Sequence record: JALIHJ010000106.1
Direction: 5' to 3' (one strand)
Length of the DNA: 13,621 bases
The first letter of the stretch is position 1. The number at the start of each line of letters is the position of its first letter. The translations under genes and the position numbers were made by a program. This document shows, one piece after another, positions 1 through 11,199 of the stretch. The notes under the pieces were generated by a model, which was given only the letters and a program-made list of their open reading frames with translations, was not told the DNA's origin and searched no databases.

Positions 1-924
1 ATTTTTTCTTTTTATAATAATTTTACTTTCATTTACGTGATTATCTTATTGTTTATACTGCGTTTTTCATATATGAATTGGTATTCATTTATTTACACAA
101 AAAGCAATAAAAGCTTTTTTTTATTCTTTGCAACAACTACTTATTACGTGAATTCCGCGAAATACTCTTTGTACACAACGTTATACTCAGTTCGCCATAA
201 TTTTTCAGAGAATTTAATTTTTTTCGGCGTTTCTGCCTTTACCTATTTGTTTGTTATATTTTGGCCCATATATATGTTATATTGTTTACCTATTTTTTTC
301 AAAATTTTTTATTTTTTAATTGATTTTAATTATATTTTATATTCATACATTAGTTATTTTGATTTGGTATTTTTATGATTCATTATTTTTTTAGAGCGTT
401 ATATTCTAGTTTCCTCGGTAAGTAAATTTTTAGTTATTTTGGGGGGTGGCGTATTTTGATTTTTCCCTCTAGTCAGGCATTATTTATGTTCATTAAACTT
501 TATTTATTTAGCCCATGTTCTGTTATTTGATTTTTTATTGGTTGACTATTTTACAGTTTTTCCATGTAATCCTATTATTGCTTCTTTTACGTCTTTTCCC
601 GATAAAAATTATTTTCTAGTTAATTCGGTAACACCGTCGTTTTTTTTTTCTTTTAATATTATGTCATCTCCTATTTACGGCGTTTTAACGGGTACAAATG
701 TTTTTTCGTTTAATTTCATCCGTGACTTGTATATGCTTAATAATTTTCACTTATTTTTATTTAATATTTCCGATTACTTTTATGTGTATGTTAAGGATAG
801 TTTTTTTTTTTTTATAAATTTTTTTTTTCTTACATTATTGTTTTTTTTTAGATTGCATCGCAGTACCTCGGTGTGAGGCGATTTATCCCTTTTACAGTTT
901 TATCCCAGAAATTGGCAGGGATCT
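1..924 (+). CDS. In-frame 5' region continuous with cox2: either an N-terminal extension or a fused/abutting upstream ORF, 5'-partial at the window edge
   Basis: Frame 1 has no TAA or TAG from base 1 to the cox2 stop at 2113-2115. Track ORFs 37-378 and 538-876 are both frame 1 and are separated only by TGA codons (376-378, 874-876). The product is rich in F/Y/I/L/N, hydrophobic and low-complexity, with no family motif I recognise. The frame survives T13 (801-813), T10 (819-828) and T9 (841-849) runs. Confidence 0.4.
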
Positions 925-2115
925 ATGTATAGAAGTATGCACCCCTGATTACTGCATATGTCAATTTGACATTACTGATTTTGATTTTCTTTTATATTTG
1001 TTATGAATCTATTTTTTATTTATATTTTTCGGGCGTTAACTCACCGCCGCGCCGATGTTCGCGGTATCCGCGCAACGGGCGAGAAGCGCCGTATTGCTTG
1101 GCCTGAGATGTTAATTGTCTTGTTTCCTCTTTTCTGGGCGGTTAATATAGTTACTAACGCTTTTGCGTACCTTAGGCTGCTGGAAGGTAGTAGTGGTTAT
1201 GTCTTATTATCTGTCCAAGTTTCGGCGTATCAGTGGGGTTGAAAATATTGTTATGGTGACACTTTTTATCCGAAATTTTTCAAAAACCCTATCAAAGTTG
1301 GCGTAAACTCGACGACTTCATTGGGGTATGGTTTACATAATGTACATCGTGATGTCGAATGACGGATGCAACAACCGTATGCGACTAAAGAAGTAAAAAC
1401 CATAAAAATTACTACGTCGGAAATGGATGAGGACGGTAATCCGGTTGTTAAAGAATATTCTGGGCGAAAATTTGATCCGGTCAAAACAGCTGAGCTCCGG
1501 GCTACTCACGACGTTACCCAGCGGGAAAATCAAGATTTAATGGCAGAAGTTTACTTTTGCCGTTGGTGACTGAAACAAAGTGGTGTTTTAGAGGATGAAC
1601 GCAAGAACTTAACCATGAATAGATTACACCATTCTGGGTATTGAGTTACAGCCCAGGGGGTTGACCCCAATAACCCGACTCTTGAGGATTTGGCGGATGG
1701 CTCCAAAAAATTAGTAACGGATCCCTTGCGTTTACTGCGCTCTACCGGCGCGTTAGTTTTGCCCACCCGCGCGGTTATTAGGCTAATGTCGTGCTCTGAA
1801 GATATTACCCATTCTTGAGCCGTCCCCGGGATTGGTTTAAAGATGGATTGTGTTCCGGGGCGATTGTTTTGCGTATTTACTAATATTGTTCGCGAAGGTA
1901 TGTACTTCGGTCAGTGCTCTGAATTATGTGGGTGAAATCACTATAATATGCCTGTAATAGTGTACGCACTTCCGGTTGAACACTTTATCGTTTGATGAGA
2001 GATGGAGCTGCACGCTATCTTCACCGAACCTTTCGAGAATTTCGGTTCATACTTTCCGGAAGAGAAAGGCCGAACTGTGCTGCGTTATGATTTATTAAAC
2101 TATAAGTATAAGTAA
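925..2115 (+). CDS. cox2: Cytochrome c oxidase subunit II with a large internal insertion
   Basis: Frame 1 with TGA=Trp joins track ORFs 1003-1242 and 1366-1569 and runs on to TAA at 2113-2115. TM1 is [26 protein letters not shown] and TM2 is [27 protein letters not shown]. The QVSAYQWGW(TGA)KY motif (QW.W.Y) is present. The CuA centre reads DITHSW(TGA)[15 protein letters not shown]...GQCSELCGW(TGA)NHYNMP. The start is uncertain: ATG 925 is the nearest ATG upstream of TM1, and ATG 1003 from the track would truncate TM1. The frame stays open upstream. Confidence 0.88.
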
Positions 2116-2134
2116 TTTAAAGTTTATTTATTAT

Positions 2135-3094
2135 ATGACCAACAATGACGTTACCTTACTCTTTTTTTGTATAATTGGGGGGGTCATATTTTTTATCAAA
2201 CAACGTGTCCCTTCGTCCGTTGTTAAGGGGGATAAAAACTCTGTGGAAGTTGTTATTACTATGCCAGAGGGTAGGCCTGCGAATATATTTAATACGTTTA
2301 ACGTTACGGTAGTAGAAACACGTACGCATTTAGGTAATACCCCCTCTGGTTTTAACCGCCCCCTAAGCCCAGAACAATATGCTGCTATGCAACTTGATCT
2401 TTTATCATGAGTTCCTACCCCTAAGGAATATTTATTATTCGCCGCACTCGGTTGTTTTGCCACTTTTGTGTATATCGAGCCTTTAATTTGCGCAGCTACA
2501 GCCGCATTGACGGCGATTAAGCCTATTTTTGTATATCATTTACCCCGGTTTATGGGTTTAGCGTTCCACTATATTGGTCTGATTTGTTGGAAGGCTTTAT
2601 GTTTTTTAGGTAGGTGGTTCGCGTATTTTACGGGTTGAAAGCCAGATGATTGGCTTATGTTCCGCGTTTTTTATGAGTATTATTTAATACATGATTGAGA
2701 TAAAAGGACATTTAAACACTTAATCCGGATCCCCTGAAGCTTTTGGGGTCGTATTTTTTGGGGTTCAATTCGTGCTTCTTTAGTGATTATACCGGCCCTT
2801 TTTATTGGGTTGGTCCGCTGATTGTGAGAGATGAAACGTGAAGAAGCTATGCAAATATTAACGAACGCTACGCCGATGTTAATCCTTTGAGGTGCTTTTA
2901 TTGTTGCATTACACGTACTTTACCCGTATTACGTATGATGACCGCGTCCAATTTTGTGAGCGGATTATATTATTTTGTTGGGCCTTTCTAAGTTTATCAC
3001 TTCGATCCCTGCTATGGGCAAGTGGATTACCGGGTACGGGGCTGCCCCAAAGCCGACACCACCTGCCCCGACAGACGAGTCTAAAGAACCGTAA
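2135..3094 (+). CDS. Hypothetical membrane protein, 319 codons, orphan ORF
   Basis: Frame 2 runs from ATG 2135 to TAA 3092-3094, followed by a second TAA at 3095-3097. It contains 10 in-frame TGA codons and no TAA/TAG. Hydrophobic segments include VTLLFFCIIGGVIFFI, YLLFAALGCFATFVYIEPLICAATAALTAI, ASLVIIPALFIGLV and MLILWGAFIVALHVLY. The C-terminal tail is Pro-rich (GAAPKPTPPAPTDESKEP). It sits 19 nt after cox2 and 3 nt before nad5. I recognise no family motif. Confidence 0.6.
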
Positions 3095-3097
3095 TAA

Positions 3098-4843
3098 ATG
3101 ACTTTATATAGTTTTATCCATTTGTCCATATCATTTTTTTATTGTTGAATAAACGCGTGGTCTTTGAGTTACATAGGTGTTTTTTTAGTTTCTTTAGCGG
3201 GGTTACTGTACTGCGCGTTCTTGGTTTGGTGAGAATTATATACTATTTGATTGTATGGTTTAGTCTTTGACTATTTAAGTTTTATGTGAGTTGAACTGGG
3301 TAATAATATGTATATATTCTGAAATTTTAAAAATGATTTTTTTGGTGTTCTTTTGTCGTTCATAATGTTAAGCGGTGGTTTTTTTGTAGTTTTATTCGTA
3401 TTTATCGATATGTGAGACGATAAAGAAGGTTCGAGTTTTGTTATTAATTTAGGGTTTTTCATGTCATTTATGCTAATTGTCGCCAATGCGGGGAATTTAG
3501 TCCTTTTTTATTTGGGTTGAGAGGGTATTGGCTTAACTTCATTATTTTTAGTTAATTTTTGAACGGACCGTGTGCGTGGGATAAAAGCTTCGTTTAAGGT
3601 ATTTGTTATTAATAAAATCGGGGATTTTTTTGTTTTAATTTTGCTGGCGTTTTTGGGTGCAGTAGTCGGTGACTGGGATTTTGATGTCATTAATTCGATG
3701 TCTCCAATTTTACTAAATTTTAATTATTATGTAGGATCTTACAGCTTTTCGGCCTCAGAACTTCTCGGGATAATTCTCCTTCTCGGCGGTTGCGTTAAAT
3801 CCGCCCAATACGGTTTCCATATTTGATTATTAGAGGCTATGGAAGCTCCCTTAGGTGCATCCGCATTAATGCATTCTTCCACCCTTGTAGTTGCGGGCTT
3901 AGTTTTAATTTTTAAGTTATCAAGTTTGCTGGAAATGTCCGGGTGGGCTCAAATATTGATGTTTTCTATGGGTGTTTTTTCCGCGACTGCCGGTGCTTTA
4001 ATTGCATGTTTCCAGTATGAATTAAAAGTTATTATGGCTTATTCAACTATTAGCAATATGGGGTATATGTTTACATTATGCTCTGTTGGGGCGTATTATG
4101 AGACGATTGTTTTGATGGTATTACATGCGTATATAAAAATTTTTATGTTTCTTGTAGTTGGTGCAATAATGTTACATTGTAACGGCTGTCAAGACATTCG
4201 TTGAATGGGGGGTCTGATGCTTTATACCCCTGTTTTGTGGGTATCGTACGTCGCGGGCGGTCTGTGCCTTATCGGGCTTCCTTACTGGAGTGGTTATTAT
4301 TGCAAAAATTTTATTGCAAAAATTATTTGTGAGTCCGGCCCACTGCTAAAAGGCGGGGAGTTTATTTTACTTATCTCGTATTTATTGACGTTTTTTTACG
4401 TGAGTCGGGTCGGTTATTTGGTATTTCTTGGACCTAAAAATGGCCATAGAAAAATTTATCGTTTAAAACCGACTACACCGGCTGTTGTTGCGGGATTAAC
4501 TATTTTAGCTTTGGTTATTTTATTCGGGGGTTTTTATTGGGTTAATTTAATTGACTTGAATGTTACATCGATTGGTGGTGGAATATTTTATAAATCTTTT
4601 TATTTTTTCCAATATATTACATATGAGTTACCCTTGCCTGTTCTTTACTTATGGTTGAGTATTTATTTTATAACTGTAGGGGTTGTTGTTTTTTGGGTGA
4701 TAATTAACCGGTCATTTTATTGGTCGTATTTGGCTTACTGGTATATTTCAGTGTCCGCGATTACCGCCGTGTTTTTTTATTTTATTGTTATATGTCCCTG
4801 ACTAAGTCGTTCGCGTATATTTTTAAATTGTTTCAATATTTAA
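3098..4843 (+). CDS. nad5: NADH dehydrogenase subunit 5
   Basis: Frame 2 runs from ATG 3098 to TAA 4841-4843 with TGA=Trp, joining track ORFs 3572-3826, 3839-4204 and 4205-4801. Motifs are LFYLGW(TGA)EGIGLTSLFLVNFW, FKVFVINKIGDF, GGCVKSAQYGFHIW(TGA)LLEAMEAPLGASALMHSSTLVVAG and MAYSTISNMGYM. Confidence 0.92.
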
Positions 4844-4845
4844 AT

Positions 4846-6822
4846 ATGCCGGTTTCTTTTTTTTCAAAACGAAACTTTTACTATTTATTAACAAAAATAT
4901 TTCGTTTAAATAAATATTTAAAGGTATTTGCGCGTGAGTGGCTTTATACAACCAATCATAAAAAGCTTGGTTTAAACTACCTGCTGTTTGCAGCATTAAG
5001 TGGTATGTTCGGAACAACTTTATCTAGTTTAATACGCATGGAGTTATCCCAACCAGGTTCGTTGTTGTTCGGTAATAATGCTAACGCGTACCACGTCGTT
5101 ATGGGTATGCACGCTATTGTTATGATATTTTTTTTAGTTACCCCTGTTGTTTTTGGTGGGTTCGGTAATTATTTTCTTCCGATACATGTAGGTGCCCGCG
5201 ACGTGGCGTACCCTAGATTAAATAATTTTAGTCTTTGAATTTTGCCTGCAGGATTAATAACTGCACTAAGGGCTATGTGAGAAGGTATCCGTGTTAGTTC
5301 AGTTTTTACAAATTATGACTCTCAGGGGAACCCAACGGATTGGTTAAAGCCAATTTATGGTAGCGATGGGGTAGTTTTAATGTATACGTCTTCGGCTGAT
5401 TTTAATTTTGCTGACTACGAGTTTGAGTCGGAGGCTAAAAGTTGGATTAACCTTTACGAAACTAGAACAAGTTTAAGGCTCACCGATACCGCCTACGAAA
5501 ATTGCGCGACTTTACCTATAGGTAGTGAGCCGTTGTCGGCGTTTTTGCCGAATGTAAATGCAGCCGTCGATTTAACGAATACTATGGCGGGGTGAACATT
5601 TACTACCCCGTTTTCGCATAGCCGATTTACTGGGGCTCCTGTAGATTGGGCAATGGCGGCTTTATTAATGTCGACCTTTTCGTCAATTTTAACGCTAATA
5701 AATTTGGTCGTGACGTGGCGTTATTTAAAGGGTCGCGGTGCAAGGTATCAAAAAGAATTTTTCCCTATTATTTTGCTAGCTATTTTTATTTCGTTACGTA
5801 TACTTTTAGTGGTTTCACCTATATTAAATGCAGGTCTCATTATGCTTATGGCAGATAGACATTTCGCTACTGCATTTTTTACCGTACGGGCGGGTGGTGA
5901 TATTTTATTATTTCAACATCTTTTTTGGTTTTTCGGACACCCTGAGGTTTATATATTAGTAATGCCGGCGTTCGGGATCGCTAGTACGCTAATTCCCTAT
6001 TATGTTCGTAAACCGTTAGGCAGTAAAATGCATATGGTATATGCGATGCACGCTATCGCCAGTATGGGTTTTGTCGTGTGAGGTCATCATATGTATTTAG
6101 TGGGTATCGATAATAAAGCACGGATATTATTTTTTGTTATTACTGTTATGATTGCATTACCTGCTTCCATAAAAGTTTGTGGTTGAATATCCTCGTTGGT
6201 TAATAGTGTTACTTTTTTAACTATTGAACTTCTTTTTGCTATAACTTTCGTCGGGTTCTTTATTGTAGGCGGTATTACCGGTAGTTTCTGCGCACACGCG
6301 GCAACGGATATAATGCTGCATGATACATATTATATTATCGGACACTTTCATATCATGTTATCGGGGGCCTTAATGGGTATGTTATTTGCGTATATTTATT
6401 TCAACTTTCGCGAATTTATGGGTATCTATTATAGTTGATTGTTACCCTTTTTACACTTTTTAGGTCATACAATCGGTCATTTCTTAACTTTTGTTCCTAT
6501 GCTGTGATTAGGGTATGCAGGTATGCCCAGGCGTATTCAAGATTACCCTTGAGGTTACGCCGGATGACATAGTGTTGCATCGTTGGGCCATACTGTAGTC
6601 CTGTTTAGTATAATATGTTTTATTTTAAACATTGTATTGGCTATTTATCTTAAACGACCGACCGATTCCCGCAATAAGGGCATGCCTTTTATCTCAAATC
6701 GTGTAGGGTTCTTAATCCTCGATAAATATTATGCCTCGATGTCTACATTTAGAAAACAAATAATCGGGACTACTTTGCCCCGTAATTACGTTAATTTTAG
6801 GGTAAAATTTAATCAAGTTTAA
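4846..6822 (+). CDS. cox1: Cytochrome c oxidase subunit I with an in-frame insertion of roughly 95 extra codons
   Basis: Frame 1 runs from ATG 4846 (2 nt after the nad5 stop) to TAA 6820-6822. Nine in-frame TGA codons join track ORFs 4720-5238, 5380-5595, 5653-6081, 6196-6438 and 6583-6822. Motifs are [39 protein letters not shown](TGA)[27 protein letters not shown](TGA)[16 protein letters not shown] and [11 protein letters not shown]. Confidence 0.95.
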
Positions 6823-6829
6823 TTATTAT

Positions 6830-7171
6830 ATGCCTTGGCATTTGTTAGATCAGATCATAAATTTCCTAGTAACTTTATGCGTCTGAAGCGAGTTTAAAAT
6901 TTATTTTCAACCTATTATTATTTGGTTTCGTTCAGTTTTATGATTAAATCCATTTAAACACCCGATTAATTTTCTATATTTTTGGATGCGACCATCGGAA
7001 TTTACGATATTTTTAGTAAAATTATATTATGGGCAGTTAGATTTACCCATAGGGAATGGTTTACCTTGGTGGTTTATTTTACTGCTAGTGTTTATGCAAT
7101 TATTCACGCTTAATTTGCACGAAAAAAGTGACGAGGAGGTTGAGCGCTTAATAGAGTTAGCGATGCTTTAG
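6830..7171 (+). CDS. Hypothetical protein, 113 codons, orphan ORF
   Basis: Frame 2 runs from ATG 6830 (7 nt after the cox1 stop) to TAG 7169-7171. Two in-frame TGA codons extend track ORF 6986-7171 upstream. It has a hydrophobic core (LPWWFILLLVFMQLF) and an acidic tail (EKSDEEVERLIELAML). It exactly fills the gap between cox1 and the next ORF. I recognise no family motif. Confidence 0.45.
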
Positions 7172-7190
7172 ACCTTGTTGGGTTTGTTAT

Positions 7191-8599
7191 ATGTCCAAAT
7201 TAAATAAAAAATGATTTACAGGCTTAGATTTTTTTTTTAGGAATTATTTATTATATTATTCGGGCCCTACCGTAGCGCTGACGTCTTTTTTTGCGTTATG
7301 AATTTTTGAGTGGCTTTTTATTATAGAATATGCTTTAAACTATTGATCTTTTAGCAGAACTTTTTTCCCTTACCGTACGCCCTCGATGCTCGTTGTGTGT
7401 TTCATGTATTGGTTATATATTTGGGGTGTATCGGTATGGCGTCGGACGCAGTATGGTCGGTTTACGCGCGGGGATCGTAAATTATGATTCAAAGGTCTGG
7501 CAGCGTTTTGGGTGGTAGAGATGTCTACTATACTCGGCCTATATATAGCTGCCGCGTGGATGTCGTGGGGCCCTGTTGTTATTGCACCGCGTTTACTTAT
7601 TATATCTACCAAGTCATTTTTATTTGAGGCGACCTTGTTTACGTACATGATTTGGATTTTGTATTTATTAAGGTTTGGTTCCAAATGATATTCTTGAAAC
7701 TTCCAGTTTTTTATGGCGCTGATAATAGTTTTTTTAACGTCTATGTTAGTTTGGCGAGATATTATTACTTTATATAATAGGGATATAATAACTATGCGGC
7801 GCGGCGCTCGTTGACGTGATACGAGTACTTCTGCGGTATTATACTCATTAGGATCGGATTGGTGGATGGTTCATTTTTTAGGAAAAATTGATCATGTTGA
7901 TTCGCCTTATATACCGATGCGTAATATATTGACAACTAATTTTAAAACCGATCCTTTCTCCGTAAAGTTAAATATTCCCGAGTACGCGAAATTTCATTGG
8001 ATGCCGCTTACTTTTTTTAGTGATTGGTACAATTTAGCATTTAAGGATTTTTTAGTTCAACCGGACACTTATGAGGCCGCTAGATTTATAGAAGCCGATT
8101 CTGTTGAAAACCCTACGCACGCAATAATGGGGGCTGCTGACTTAACTTATGACAGCTTTAAGTTCTACCCCAGACGTATCGGTTTTTATCATAAGAAAAT
8201 GGGGATGTGGTTTATGTTTGTTATATTAAAAATGTGACACCATATTATGTTGGTAATTTGGTGATTTTTTTATATATTACGTTTGTATGGTAGAAAAAAA
8301 AATTCTTACAGTCTTTTATCGGTAGCTCATTTTAATATATACTCGTGCTTTTTAATCTCGTTGTTAATTTATGTATATACATACTTTCCGTTTATGGAAA
8401 CTTTTTTGCGCGTAAAGCCAATTATTAGATCTGGGTTTCACAACCGGGCCGCTTTCGCTGACGGGGTAGAGTATATTTTAAACCTCGCGACATTCGAGTC
8501 ATCACGTTGACATCCTAAAAAATATTTACTCATCCGACTTCACTCATTTTCTAATGAGGCTGCCGTCGCGTGCCGATTACGGTCAATAACTATTTTTGG

Positions 8600-8612
<13 letters not shown>
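7191..8612 (+). CDS. cox3: Divergent cytochrome c oxidase subunit III-like protein with a large insertion (tentative)
   Basis: Frame 3 runs from ATG 7191 to TAA 8610-8612 with TGA=Trp, joining track ORFs 7866-8237 and 8283-8510 and a previously unlisted 5' third. NYLLYYSGPTVALTSFFAL resembles the H.(F/Y)HLV..SPWPL..S...AL start of COX3. VWRRTQYGRFTRGDRKLWFKGLAAFWVVEMSTILGLYIAAAWMSWGP resembles WRDV.RE..YQG.HT..V.KGLR.G..LFI.SEV.FF...FWAF.H..L.P. GFHNRAAFADGVEYILN loosely resembles the ..H.FGFEAAAWYWHFVD C-terminus. The last ~10-30 nt may overlap the 5' end of rnl. Confidence 0.5.
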
Positions 8613-11050
<2,438 letters not shown>

Positions 11051-11095
11051 AAGATAATGTATATTAGTTAGATATTTATAAAAACTTATTTATTT

Positions 11096-11166
11096 AAGGG
11101 GGTAGCTTAGTGGTAAAGCATTGGTCTTCAAAACCAAATACGTGGGTTCAATTCCTGCCCTCCTTG
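11096..11166 (+). tRNA. trnW: tRNA-Trp, anticodon UCA
   Basis: A hand-folded cloverleaf fits. The acceptor stem is aaggggg/cctcctt (one G-U), the D arm is gctt-agtggta-aagc, and the anticodon arm is ttggt-cTTCAaa-accaa with anticodon TCA. The variable loop is atac and the T arm is gtggg-ttcaatt-cctgc (two wobble pairs). The discriminator is g at 11166, and no CCA is encoded. Confidence 0.88.
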
Positions 11167-11199
11167 TAACATGCATACTATAAGTATTATTTTTCTAAA

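Noticed and set aside
801-849. Poly-T runs (T13, T10, T9) as terminators or regulatory tracts
   Set aside because: They sit inside an uninterrupted reading frame (encoding FFFF/FFF runs) with no adjacent stem-loop, and the array shows no other sign of internal termination.
1266-1766. Three minus-strand ORFs (1266-1484, 1333-1533, 1551-1766)
   Set aside because: They lie antisense inside the cox2 frame, have no recognisable motifs, and are short chance frames.
2131-2463. Minus-strand 110-aa ORF
   Set aside because: It is antisense to the 5' end of the 319-codon plus-strand frame, which is much longer and fits the gene packing and strand bias of the array.
2892-3101. Plus-strand 69-aa ORF in frame 3
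   Set aside because: It overlaps the C-terminal part of the 2135-3094 frame-2 ORF in another frame. The frame-2 reading is continuous for 319 codons and ends just before the nad5 start.
3271-3690. Minus-strand ORFs 3271-3486 and 3508-3690
   Set aside because: They are antisense to strongly conserved nad5 coding sequence, and their products are low-complexity and K/T/N-rich.
4720-4845. 5' extension of the cox1 track ORF, starting at 4720
   Set aside because: This part overlaps the nad5 C-terminus in another frame. ATG 4846, 2 nt after the nad5 stop, gives a normal-length leader before the conserved WLYTTNHK motif.
5257-5589. Possible intron in cox1
   Set aside because: The segment is in frame, free of TAA/TAG, and shows no group I/II intron sequence elements that I can see. 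It fits the known ciliate translated insert.
5646-5858. Plus-strand 70-aa ORF in an alternative frame
   Set aside because: It lies wholly inside cox1, out of frame with the conserved COX1 sequence.
1003-6822. Many short adjacent same-frame ORFs that look like genes broken by premature stops (pseudogenes)
   Set aside because: Every break is a TGA at a conserved Trp position of COX1, COX2 or ND5. Read with translation table 4, the genes are intact.
7370-7684. Minus-strand 104-aa ORF
   Set aside because: It is antisense to the N-terminal, COX3-like part of the 7191-8612 plus-strand frame, which is far longer under table 4.
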